Source of the DNA: Sulfurimonadaceae bacterium
Lineage (GTDB): Bacteria > Campylobacterota > Campylobacteria > Campylobacterales > Sulfurimonadaceae
Assembly: GCA_041571435.1 (NCBI GenBank)
Contig: JBFFUI010000044.1
Location: 1-16,050 of the forward strand
DNA: 16,050 bases
Direction: 5' to 3'
Shown here: positions 1-7,372 of the stretch, one piece after another
Layout of the letters: every line of letters starts with the position of its first letter
Numbering within the stretch: position 1 is the first letter of the stretch
Program-made: the position numbers and the translations under genes
Notes under the pieces: generated by a model
Database searches by the model: none
What the model was told of the DNA's origin: nothing
Seen by the model: only the letters and a program-made list of their open reading frames with translations

Positions 1-149
1 ATCCTGTTGTAGAGAGGGTTGCCTATGAGCGCGTCGTAGAGGCCGACCTTGGTGTCATAATCGGCCGTGCGCTCGGATGCGTCGATGACGGAGTAGATCC
101 CTCCGCCGACCTCTTCGAGATGCAGTTCTTTGATCATCTTCTTTAGCAT
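1..149 (-). CDS. 5' part of a probable class I SAM-dependent methyltransferase (runs off the window start)
   Basis: Manual translation from ATG at 149: MLKKMIKELHLEEVGGGIYSVIDASERTADYDTKVGLYDALIGNPLYNR, open to base 1 and starting 8 nt after the stop of 158..637. The YD..YD.LIG..LYNR segment recalls N-termini of small methyltransferases. The catalytic motif lies outside the window. Confidence 0.5.
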   Translation of the reverse strand, partial: MLKKMIKELHLEEVGGGIYSVIDASERTADYDTKVGLYDALIGNPLYNR

Positions 150-157
150 AGCGCTTT

Positions 158-637
158 TTACTCTTTCTCCGCCCATTCGCGGAGTTTGCGTTTGATTTTC
201 TTCTCGACCTTGTCACTTATCTCGTCCCACTCTTTGTCGAGCTCCGCGTCATCTTCGTTTTCGGCCCACTCGTTGAGCCTGCGCATGATCTTCTTTTCGA
301 CCTTGTCGCCTATCTCCTCCCACTCTTTGTCGCGCTTCCTGTTCGCCGCAGAACGGCACGAGGCGTGCGAACTGCCGCCCCAGACGATGATGACGCCCAG
401 CAGGAAACCGAAGTCGTACCAGCCGCCCGTGTTGTTGACCTCGTAGACGGTGATGTTGTCGTTGAAGAGATGGATGATGAGGGTAATGAACGAGATCATC
501 CCATGCCAAAGCCCATACCAGAACCCGGCCGGTTCTACCTGCACGAACTGTGCATCACCGGCGGTGCAGGCTGTAAAAAGAAAGAGCAGGGGGAGCAAGA
601 GCAGTGTTGTGTATAATCGAGGGTTTTTCAGTGTCAT
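158..637 (-). CDS. Hypothetical membrane lipoprotein with duplicated charged C-terminal motif
   Basis: 159 aa; AAGGAG RBS; hydrophobic signal ending FTAC (lipobox); AGFWYGLWHG...VYEVNNTGGWYDFGFLLG membrane segment; two 31-aa-period repeats at the C-terminus. Confidence 0.8.
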   Translation of the reverse strand: MTLKNPRLYTTLLLLPLLFLFTACTAGDAQFVQVEPAGFWYGLWHGMISFITLIIHLFNDNITVYEVNNTGGWYDFGFLLGVIIVWGGSSHASCRSAANRKRDKEWEEIGDKVEKKIMRRLNEWAENEDDAELDKEWDEISDKVEKKIKRKLREWAEKE

Positions 638-713
638 AGGAACTCCTTTTGACAGGTTTGGTGTTACTTGGGTCGCAACCTGACCAGATGCTGTGATTTA
701 GAGATTAATGAAC

Positions 714-742
714 AATATAACGTATTTGGGATTGTCAGTCAA
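714..742 (-). promoter_or_regulatory. Sigma70-type promoter for 158..637 and the downstream methyltransferase
   Basis: Minus strand reads TTGACT-17 nt-TATATT, about 77 nt upstream of the ATG at 637. Confidence 0.55.
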
Positions 743-811
743 CATCACGATCTAAGAGCTATAAAGAATAAGGAGAGAAGGTTCTATAATTTTGCTCGTA
801 CATCTCCTTGT

Positions 812-879
812 GTATAACATTTAACTTGAAAATAAATTCCAGTCAGGGTAACTGTTTTCACTCCAAAGAGTGGCTATTT
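812..879 (-). mobile_element. Degenerate attC-like site downstream of lipoprotein 879..1223
   Basis: Minus strand AAATAGC-CACTCTTTGGAGTGAAAACAGTTACCCTGACTGGAATTTATTTTCAAGTTAAAT-GTTATAC. It starts at the stop codon, has inner inverted arms TGAAAA/TTTTCA, and is followed directly by an AAGGAG RBS-like sequence. Confidence 0.5.
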
Positions 880-1223
880 CATCGATCTCTAACTTCAATA
901 ATATGAGTAGGAGCATTTTCCCATTTTACTCTTTCAAAATGTCCTGAACATATGCCAGCTCTTGAAAGGTTATAAGAGTTTACCCCAGTGACTTTACCAT
1001 CATAAAGCCAAATGATATCAAATGTACTAACTCCAAAACTTGTTCCCGTTGTACAATATTGAATTGCTTCGTTTTTTCCTTTAAATTGTCTATTTTCGGG
1101 ATTGCCTAACTTTTTAATTACTGATGCTTTTGTATCACCTGGGTTGATTTCAAGTAATGCTTTGTTTTTTGTAACACAGCCTGAAAAAAATATAAGTAAT
1201 ATTGTTAAAATTATTTTTCTCAT
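879..1223 (-). CDS. Small outer-membrane lipoprotein, SmpA/BamE-like fold likely; probable gene cassette
   Basis: Likely start is ATG 1223 (MRKIILTILLIFFSGC, lipobox) rather than 1265, which lies inside the attC-like site. The 'GDTKASVIKKLGNP' motif is typical of SmpA/OmlA-like domains. Strongly AT-rich. Confidence 0.7.
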   Translation of the reverse strand: MRKIILTILLIFFSGCVTKNKALLEINPGDTKASVIKKLGNPENRQFKGKNEAIQYCTTGTSFGVSTFDIIWLYDGKVTGVNSYNLSRAGICSGHFERVKWENAPTHIIEVRDR

Positions 1224-1239
1224 TATTGTCCCTATCATG

Positions 1240-1312
1240 ATATAACCATTACAGATAGTAATCAAAAATCCATTTGCAGTTTTTTTAATCAGATTCTTTT
1301 TGTTTGTTAGTC
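1240..1312 (-). mobile_element. Degenerate attC-like site between the two lipoprotein genes
   Basis: 73 nt; minus strand GACTAAC...TGATTAAAAA...TTTTTGATTA...GTTATAT. It begins 5 nt after the stop of 1318..1617 and ends 16 nt before the next ATG. Confidence 0.55.
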
Positions 1313-1317
1313 TTACT

Positions 1318-1617
1318 TTACTCTTTTTTGTCTTTAGATGAATCAGCTAGACATTGAAAAGTTAATTCCGCATTTAATGGTGTCCAACCGCGAGATCCAT
1401 GTGTTTCCCAGCCCTTTTCAACCATGTACATTTTTCTTTCAAGACAATACCTATTTGCACGCTCAAGCGAAAGCCCTTTTACGTCAGCCCAACTTGGAAA
1501 CTGGCCACCCATTTCTGAGCTTACTCTGTATGTATCTTTTCCTACGGGGACTACATTGCTAACAGACGAGCAACCAGCGAAAAGGAAAAGAAAACAATAA
1601 AGTAAAGTTTTTTTCAT
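1318..1617 (-). CDS. Hypothetical lipoprotein; probable gene cassette
   Basis: 99 aa; MKK-hydrophobic-FAGC lipobox; GAGG RBS; AT-rich; preceded by a GTTAGAC core site at 1643-1649. Confidence 0.75.
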   Translation of the reverse strand: MKKTLLYCFLFLFAGCSSVSNVVPVGKDTYRVSSEMGGQFPSWADVKGLSLERANRYCLERKMYMVEKGWETHGSRGWTPLNAELTFQCLADSSKDKKE

Positions 1618-1896
1618 ACTTCTTACCTCAGAATTATTTTTAGTCTAACTATTAATCGGTACACATTCTATACAACTAAATCTTAAATGTGGACTTAGCG
1701 GAACTTATGAAATGTTGCAAAAAAATGTTATTTGATTGCAGATTGTCCTATTTAGCTTGAATAGACAATAAGATGAGTAAGTGAATTTCAATTTTTATTC
1801 ATTTAAACGGCAAAAAAGCCCCTAAAACCGCCAAGAAGAACACAACTTGCATACCCCAAACCAGACTTTCAGAGTCAAAACAGACAAGGAAAATTT

Positions 1897-2271
1897 ATGG
1901 GAATCCCTCAACCAGCTTTTTATATGATGAAATGCCAACAATCTACGCCTCCGGGTATGCCGAAACCGTCATGCGTTACACCTCAGACGCAGGACCTTTA
2001 CCAGCACCTGGGTCAGTCACTGATGCAAAAAGGGATCATCGGTACGGTCCAGCCTATCCAGACAGGGTGTCTTAACCGCTGTAATACCGGTCCTGTGATG
2101 TTGGTCGAGCCGGGTCACTTTTTGTATGTCGGTCTGACAAAAGAGAAGATCGAAAGAATCATCGACGAGCACATCATCGGCGGCAACGTCGTCAGCGAAT
2201 ACCTGATTCCCGACGAGCTGTGGGACGAAGCGCTCTCGCCGGCTGACCTTATGAAACAGATGGGACGCTAG
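1897..2271 (+). CDS. Thioredoxin-like (2Fe-2S) ferredoxin
   Basis: 124 aa; four Cys (C13, C26, CLNRC); GP..LVEP...Y..LT.E.I..II.EHI.GG.VV signature; AAGGA RBS. Confidence 0.9.
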   Translation: MGIPQPAFYMMKCQQSTPPGMPKPSCVTPQTQDLYQHLGQSLMQKGIIGTVQPIQTGCLNRCNTGPVMLVEPGHFLYVGLTKEKIERIIDEHIIGGNVVSEYLIPDELWDEALSPADLMKQMGR

Positions 2272-2282
2272 AGCGTTTTACG

Positions 2283-2405
2283 CTACTGAAATGTTCTGAC
2301 AAGCAGGGCAGCCGTCAAGATCCAAATAGCGATGACAACGGCGGCGGCCGTTTTGGAGTGGGGGAGTGACATTAACGTTGTCTCTTTGGCTTTTTCTTTG
2401 CACTC
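2283..2405 (-). pseudogene. 3' remnant (last 40 codons plus stop) of a diverged YkvA/DUF1232 gene
   Basis: Translates to ECKEKAKETTLMSLPHSKTAAAVVIAIWILTAALLVRTFQ*, with 25/40 aa identical to the C-terminus of 4138..4509. No 5' part is present. Confidence 0.85.
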
Positions 2406-2591
2406 ATCCTCTACTCTTGCGCAACACAAGAGTGATCGTTCGCCTCCTAAACCCCTCCATCTTTAAAGTGAGAATAGCGTGCAAGAGCGATGTTTAACCT
2501 TCGTTGTACGCCTCATTTGTTACCATGTTTCAACGTCATCCTGAGGATGATGAATCACACTCTTATCACTGCACGCACAATCAAAAGGTTA

Positions 2592-3452
2592 ATGACTATG
2601 CATATGAAACATATAGTACAGGTTTTACACACATCATTATTGATACTACTCTTCCTAAACCCGCTTATGGCCTCTGAAAAACCTGAAAAGGCAGAAGAGA
2701 GTCCTCTTTCCAAGCCACTGATAGAGCGCTATATTTTAGATGAACTTAAATCGCTCCGCGTAGAACAGGAGCAGTTTAAAGCTACGGTTCAGACCACTGT
2801 CGCCAAAGGGCAGATAGAGCAGACCGACAGGGCGGCACGCTATATTACGGACACCATAGGCAATGTCTTTTACCTTATTGCCGGAGCGACCTCGCTGCTT
2901 ATCTTTGCAGGCTGGAATTCTCTACGCGACATCAGGAAAAAGACCGAACAGATCATTGAAGAGCGGATTCACGAGATCACTGAAAGATATAATGAATCCT
3001 TTGCGGCCTTACAGGAAAAACTGACGGAACAATCCGAAAAGGTCCTGGTGAACCAGAAGAAGATCTATGATACACAACTCATCCACTCGCTGTGGATGCG
3101 TGCGAATCTGGAGACTAATTTGCAGTCAAAGATCGAGATCTATGATGAGATACTTGAGGTCAATGCCATGGATGCAGAGGTCTATGCCTATAAAGCGGAT
3201 GCGGTCTTGGACCTTGACGAGTTTGAATGGGCACTCAACCTAAGCAACAAAGCCCTGGAGATCGATCCGCAATATGGCTATGCATTTTGGCAGCGGGCCT
3301 GTGCCAATGCCCAACTCGGTAACAAGAGCGAAGCGATCATAGACCTGAAAACGGCACTGCGCATCTCTCCGAACCTAAAAGATGAGACAGTGCATGAACC
3401 TTCCTTTGCGCCATTAACCGAGCTGGACGAGTTTAAACGACTCATCACCTGA
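2592..3452 (+). CDS. Membrane-anchored TPR-repeat protein
   Basis: Start probably ATG 2592, 2598 or 2604 after AAAGG; signal-like N-terminus; TM helix (VFYLIAGATSLLIFAGW); coiled coil; C-terminal TPRs (AYKADAVL..., ALEIDPQYGYAFWQRACANAQLG...AIIDLKTALRISP). Confidence 0.85.
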   Translation: MTMHMKHIVQVLHTSLLILLFLNPLMASEKPEKAEESPLSKPLIERYILDELKSLRVEQEQFKATVQTTVAKGQIEQTDRAARYITDTIGNVFYLIAGATSLLIFAGWNSLRDIRKKTEQIIEERIHEITERYNESFAALQEKLTEQSEKVLVNQKKIYDTQLIHSLWMRANLETNLQSKIEIYDEILEVNAMDAEVYAYKADAVLDLDEFEWALNLSNKALEIDPQYGYAFWQRACANAQLGNKSEAIIDLKTALRISPNLKDETVHEPSFAPLTELDEFKRLIT

Positions 3453-3473
3453 GCAGACGCCAAAGGCGTCGCT
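3452..3473. terminator. Hairpin between convergent TPR and DUF2391 genes
   Basis: AGC(A)GACGCC-AAA-GGCGTCGCT stem-loop directly after the TPR stop; the U-tract is weak. Confidence 0.45.
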
Positions 3474-3494
3474 TATCAAATAGTCAACCACTGT

Positions 3495-3890
3495 TTATTC
3501 TTTATCAAAGCTATCGGCAATGATAGCGCCCATAGATGCCGGCATTGATATTAAAACGAGACGTTTTAACGCAATAGCCGGCTCCGTCAGAAAAGGGAAC
3601 TTATCGAGTGCGATCAAAACAAGCGAGACGACTAAAGCCGTTATGAGGTATGCAATAACGATCCGGATCAAAAAAACCGGGACTCTGTATTTGATATTTG
3701 CCTGGAATATGCTCTCGTAGGCGTAAAGACTCAAGAAGACAACAGACAAACCGAAAACCAGCAGAAGGTTTGATAATGGAAGTGTCTCACCTAGTCTCCA
3801 TGCCTCTTCAGAGAATGAGATCGGAACCGCTAAAGCAAATGCCCCAATAGCAACTTGGCTTGCATCCTCTAAGTTAAAGCTCAAATTCAT
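3495..3890 (-). CDS. DUF2391-family integral membrane protein
   Basis: Start ATG 3890 after GGAGAG; ED..Q...GAF.LAVP..FSEE.W.LG motif, 4 TM segments, PASMGA...D.FDKE C-terminus. Confidence 0.8.
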   Translation of the reverse strand: MNLSFNLEDASQVAIGAFALAVPISFSEEAWRLGETLPLSNLLLVFGLSVVFLSLYAYESIFQANIKYRVPVFLIRIVIAYLITALVVSLVLIALDKFPFLTEPAIALKRLVLISMPASMGAIIADSFDKE

Positions 3891-4097
3891 ATTTCTCTCC
3901 AATGCGTCGTTATCTGTTTACCGTGCAACTTTTTTGTTTATGTAGTTGGCATTTTTGCGATCTTGATGAGTTGACTATCTATCCAACGAATATAGTAGCA
4001 ACATAATCCTGTATGACAATATGAGATTAGACAAAATATGCTTATTTTCTCATTCAAACGGGAGTTGGGAATGACTCAAAATCGTCTAAAAGAACAC

Positions 4098-4126
4098 CAC
4101 ATCATCGGTGGCAACGTTGTTACTAG
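4098..4126 (+). pseudogene. Internally deleted 3' remnant of the ferredoxin gene
   Basis: 4098-4122 matches 2170-2194 at 22/25 nt (HIIGGNVV; the differences are at third codon positions). It is followed directly by CTAG, equivalent to the ferredoxin stop at 2268-2271. Confidence 0.75.
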
Positions 4127-4137
4127 AGCCTCTTTCG

Positions 4138-4509
4138 CTAGTCTATGAGTTGAAGAAGCAGCACGGCCATCAGGATCCAAATAGCGATGACGACGACGGC
4201 GGCCGCTTTGGAGCGGGGAAGCGTTTCCAAGGTTGAGGCTTTTGCTTTTTCTTGGCACTCTTTCCAAACGGCTTCGGGTATGAGCCAGATAGCAAGCGCG
4301 ATGCCCAGCGGCACCAGCAAAAAGTCATCCAGGTACCCGATGACCGGAATAAAGTCGGGGATGAGGTCGATGGGGCTCAGCGCATAAGCGACGACGATGA
4401 CGGAGACGACCTTGGCCATAAGAGGTACATCTTTGTGGTGATAGGCGAGGTAGAGTGCATAGACGTTGTGCTTAAGCGCAATTGCCCATTGCTTTAGTCT
4501 ATCCATCAT
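4138..4509 (-). CDS. YkvA / DUF1232 family membrane protein
   Basis: Signature YALSPIDLIPDFIPVIGYLDD; AGGAG RBS. Confidence 0.92.
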   Translation of the reverse strand: MMDRLKQWAIALKHNVYALYLAYHHKDVPLMAKVVSVIVVAYALSPIDLIPDFIPVIGYLDDFLLVPLGIALAIWLIPEAVWKECQEKAKASTLETLPRSKAAAVVVIAIWILMAVLLLQLID

Positions 4510-4663
4510 GACGTTCTCCTGCCTGACATAACCACGCCTTTAGCCTTTTTTAGAGTGATGCTTTACGGAAGACCCATGACTGAAACACTCTATTTGTCGT
4601 TCTTACTATTGTACAGCAGGTATGTAAAAGAGGCCTAATAAAAATGAACTGGTACGTCTGTAA

Positions 4664-4693
4664 TTGCAATCTCCTTTTGAAGCCTGTTATAAT
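4664..4693 (+). promoter_or_regulatory. Sigma70 promoter of suhB
   Basis: TTGCAA-18 nt-TATAAT with extended -10 (TGtTATAAT), 29 nt upstream of the GTG start. Confidence 0.65.
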
Positions 4694-4722
4694 CAGACAA
4701 TAGAACCAAAAGGACGCACACC

Positions 4723-5490
4723 GTGTATGACGTCATCAAAACCATCGCCTTATCCGCCGGACCGCTTTTTATGGAGGGGTACACCCATGCCAAGACCATC
4801 ACCTACAAAAGTGCGGTCGACCTGGTCACCGAGTACGACGTAAATGTCGAACTGCTGCTCAAGGAGAAGCTCGCTGCCGCTTTCCCGGAGCACACGCTGG
4901 TGGGCGAGGAGACCAACGAGGGCATTACGCACCCCGACAAGGCGATCTACATCGACCCCATCGACGGCACGACCAACTTTGTCCACGGCATCCCTTTCTG
5001 CTGCATCTCCATCGGTATCTGGGAAGGCGGTGAAGCGGTTGCGGGCGTGGTCTATAACCCGGTGCTTGACGAGCTCTTTTATGCCGAAAAGGGGAAGGGG
5101 GTGACCTGCAACGGCGAGAACTTGCAGGTAAGCGAGGCGACGACGCTGGAGCGTTCGCTCATCGCGACGGGCTTTCCCTACACCAAGATCGAGCAGGGGG
5201 AGGACTTCCACTGGGTCATCAAAAGCATGGAAGCGCTGCTGCCCTACACCCGCGACATGCGGCGTCTGGGCTCGGCGGCGCTGGACCTCTGCTATGTGGC
5301 GCGCGGGACCTTCGAGGGGTATTACGAGGTGAACCTCAAGCCGTGGGACGTTGCGGCGGGCATCTTGATGGTGACGGAAGCAGGGGGCGCAGTCAGCCGC
5401 CGTGAGGGCGGGGCCTACCGGTTTGACGATCGCATCGTGGTGGCGTCCAACGGGCGTATCCACGAGGCCATCGTCGAGAAGCTGCGCTAG
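4723..5490 (+). CDS. suhB: Inositol monophosphatase family protein
   Basis: DLVTEYD, GEE, IDPIDGTTNFVHG, RRLGSAALDLCYVARG, LKPWDVAAG motifs; GTG start after AAAGGA. Confidence 0.93.
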   Translation: MYDVIKTIALSAGPLFMEGYTHAKTITYKSAVDLVTEYDVNVELLLKEKLAAAFPEHTLVGEETNEGITHPDKAIYIDPIDGTTNFVHGIPFCCISIGIWEGGEAVAGVVYNPVLDELFYAEKGKGVTCNGENLQVSEATTLERSLIATGFPYTKIEQGEDFHWVIKSMEALLPYTRDMRRLGSAALDLCYVARGTFEGYYEVNLKPWDVAAGILMVTEAGGAVSRREGGAYRFDDRIVVASNGRIHEAIVEKLR

Positions 5491-5516
5491 ATCTTTGACT
5501 GAGGTTCAACACCGGT
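5438..5516 (+). repeat. Direct repeat copy 1: suhB 3' end and downstream bases
   Basis: 5438-5500 matches 7380-7442 at 60/63 nt. After a 6-nt indel, 5507-5516 matches 7443-7452 at 9/10. Confidence 0.95.
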
Positions 5517-5534
5517 AATCAGCAAGAGCTCTTT

Positions 5535-6524
5535 TCAGGGCTGGGTTGTTAATGAACGGCGCACATAAATAAGAGCTATGAGTAAAAGCAAGGTTACGAG
5601 CCATCCCAAAATGTAGACGACCTTCGCGTGTTTGGCTTTCGCTTTTTCCCGCCAGCCAAGTGGACGAATGCCCTTGACATCAAAAACGATCTTGCTGGCC
5701 AGGTTGACACATACAACGTTGACCATGAGCAGCAACCCGGCACCGGTAGCGAGACTGCTATTTCCAGATCCCAGCATCAGCCCCAGTGCTGCTGCCGGCG
5801 GAAGTAACGCTACGGCGACCATGACGCCTACCAGCACGCTTGACAGACCCGTTGTGAGGGACAATGCCGCTGCGGCGCCCGATGCCAGTGCCAGAGCGGC
5901 GGAATCGAGGCCGACGACGGTGCGCAACACAAGTTCATGATTTGTTGCGTCAAAAGACCAAAACATCCCCAGACCGGCAGGCACGGCCACGGCCAGCAGC
6001 ATTCCGGCAACGAGGGTTTGCACCGATTTTCGAATGAGGGACAGGTCACCCATGGCCGTGCCAAGACTTAGCGCAAGATTTGGCCCGAGCAACGGCGCGA
6101 TCACCATCGCGCCGATCACGACAGCGACGTTGTTTGTAATAAGACCTATCGCAGCCACCAAGGATGACAATATGACCAGAACGACAAAATTCAAATCAAG
6201 CCGTACCCCTTTTTCAACCCCTTCGTAGAGCGCTTCCCGCGCTTCGGTCGCAGCATCTTCCTGCTTGCGTTCCTCTTCGTCCGGTTTAGGCAACGACACA
6301 TCTACGGGGAGGACCACGATGTGGGCAGCCGGCTGTTTGTCCAAGAGATTCTGCAGGGCGTCCAGTACCAACTGGAGTTTGTCATCGCTTACCAGCATTC
6401 GCATCAGCTGCATGCCATCTTCTTCGACAACGCCAAGCCGAAAATCCTGCACTTCCTCCTTTTTAGCTATCGCCAAAACGGTGTCTGAACTGTCTGCATC
6501 GGCGATTATTTCGACATACTTCAT
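5535..6524 (-). CDS. TIGR00341 / DUF389 family membrane protein
   Basis: Start ATG 6524 after GAAGGA; motifs AVVIGAMVIAPLLGP and LVGVMVAVALLPPAA; about 7 TM segments. Confidence 0.88.
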   Translation of the reverse strand: MKYVEIIADADSSDTVLAIAKKEEVQDFRLGVVEEDGMQLMRMLVSDDKLQLVLDALQNLLDKQPAAHIVVLPVDVSLPKPDEEERKQEDAATEAREALYEGVEKGVRLDLNFVVLVILSSLVAAIGLITNNVAVVIGAMVIAPLLGPNLALSLGTAMGDLSLIRKSVQTLVAGMLLAVAVPAGLGMFWSFDATNHELVLRTVVGLDSAALALASGAAAALSLTTGLSSVLVGVMVAVALLPPAAALGLMLGSGNSSLATGAGLLLMVNVVCVNLASKIVFDVKGIRPLGWREKAKAKHAKVVYILGWLVTLLLLIALIYVRRSLTTQP

Positions 6525-6552
6525 GATTGTGATTTCCTTCACCTCATAGCAC

Positions 6553-6588
6553 CGGCTAACGAGAGATGGGGTGTCGTTAGCCGTTTTT
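6553..6588 (+). terminator. Intergenic stem-loop with plus-strand T-tract
   Basis: CGGCTAACGA-11 nt-TCGTTAGCCG (perfect 10-bp stem) followed by TTTTT on the + strand. Confidence 0.55.
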
Positions 6589-6601
6589 AGCTGTTCTTGC
6601 G

Positions 6602-6853
6602 CTAGACCTTCTTAACGGTACTGATGATAGATAACAAAATTACGGCGCCGATAGTGGCCATAATGATAGCGCCTACAAAGCCGCCTGTCGTGATGCCGAA
6701 CAGACCGAATACAAAACCACCCAATACAGCGCCAACGATGCCCACAATGATATTGCCTATGAGGCCAAATCCTCTGCCTTTCATTATGATGCCGGAAAGC
6801 CATCCGGCCAGTGCGCCGATTGCCAAAAATATGATCAAGCTGGTAATATCCAT
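6602..6853 (-). CDS. GlsB/YeaQ/YmgE (transglycosylase-associated) stress-response membrane protein
   Basis: Start ATG 6853 after GAGGAG; IGALAGWL...G.GLIGNIIVGIVGA.LGG...A.IGAVILL signature. Confidence 0.92.
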   Translation of the reverse strand: MDITSLIIFLAIGALAGWLSGIIMKGRGFGLIGNIIVGIVGAVLGGFVFGLFGITTGGFVGAIIMATIGAVILLSIISTVKKV

Positions 6854-6866
6854 GATGACTCCTCGC

Positions 6867-7082
6867 CTATTTTTTAACGAAAATGAAGATGCCGACAACA
6901 AAACTGGCAGCAGCCGCGATGTACAGGGTCATGACCTTGTCTGTATCAGAACCTGTAACAGCCTGGCTTATCTGCGAACCGACAGAACCGGACAACTGAT
7001 ACCCCCATAATCCAAGGCCAACGCCTATAACCACCAGGGCAATACCTATGATTTTCATTGTCGCTCCCGAACCTATTGCCAT
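6867..7082 (-). CDS. DUF3185-like small membrane protein
   Basis: 71 aa; AGGAG RBS; KIIGIAL...G..L...GY...S.GSQIS..VTGS.TDK pattern; 2 TM segments. Confidence 0.8.
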   Translation of the reverse strand: MAIGSGATMKIIGIALVVIGVGLGLWGYQLSGSVGSQISQAVTGSDTDKVMTLYIAAAASFVVGIFIFVKK

Positions 7083-7251
7083 GTTGAACTCCTATAGTTG
7101 AAAGGGATGAGATACTTTTAGCATTACTGCCAACTGTTTAATATACCGGTATAAGTCTGAAATCAACCTAATACCACATATAAAAAATATTTATCTCTTT
7201 GCAGTCAAAAGCTATAGTCCTACGTCTTACTCTGACTGATTTTTTGGAGGA

Positions 7252-7372
7252 TTGCAGATCATCCCCTCGATGATAGCGCAACTGGCTCGTCTCCTACCGC
7301 GAGGTCGACGCCATCAAACGCTCCCTCTCGCGCATCTCGTTGCGACTCAGCTGCCCCAACGCGCTGGGCGAT
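7252..7372 (+). pseudogene. Internal fragment of an ACP phosphodiesterase (AcpH/DUF479)-like gene
   Basis: LQIIPSMIA-(frameshift)-NWLVSYREVDAIKRSLSRISLRLSCPNALGD recalls the AcpH C-terminal 'M...NWL.SY......I...L.R.S.RL...N.L' segment. It is GC-rich inside an AT-rich spacer and has no start. Confidence 0.6.

Noticed and set aside
1835-1851. Sigma54-like -12 element (TTGCA) upstream of the ferredoxin
   Set aside because: The invariant GG at -24 is absent.
4050-4075. TCATTC...GGGAATGAC short inverted repeat resembling GTCATTCCC-type REP-like elements near the module edge
   Set aside because: It is a single imperfect copy in the window and cannot be supported without genome-wide counts.
6554-6582. 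GGCTAAC...GTTAGCC as an attC site
   Set aside because: It is only 29 nt long, a perfect stem with no L boxes or extrahelical bases, and is better explained as an RNA hairpin.
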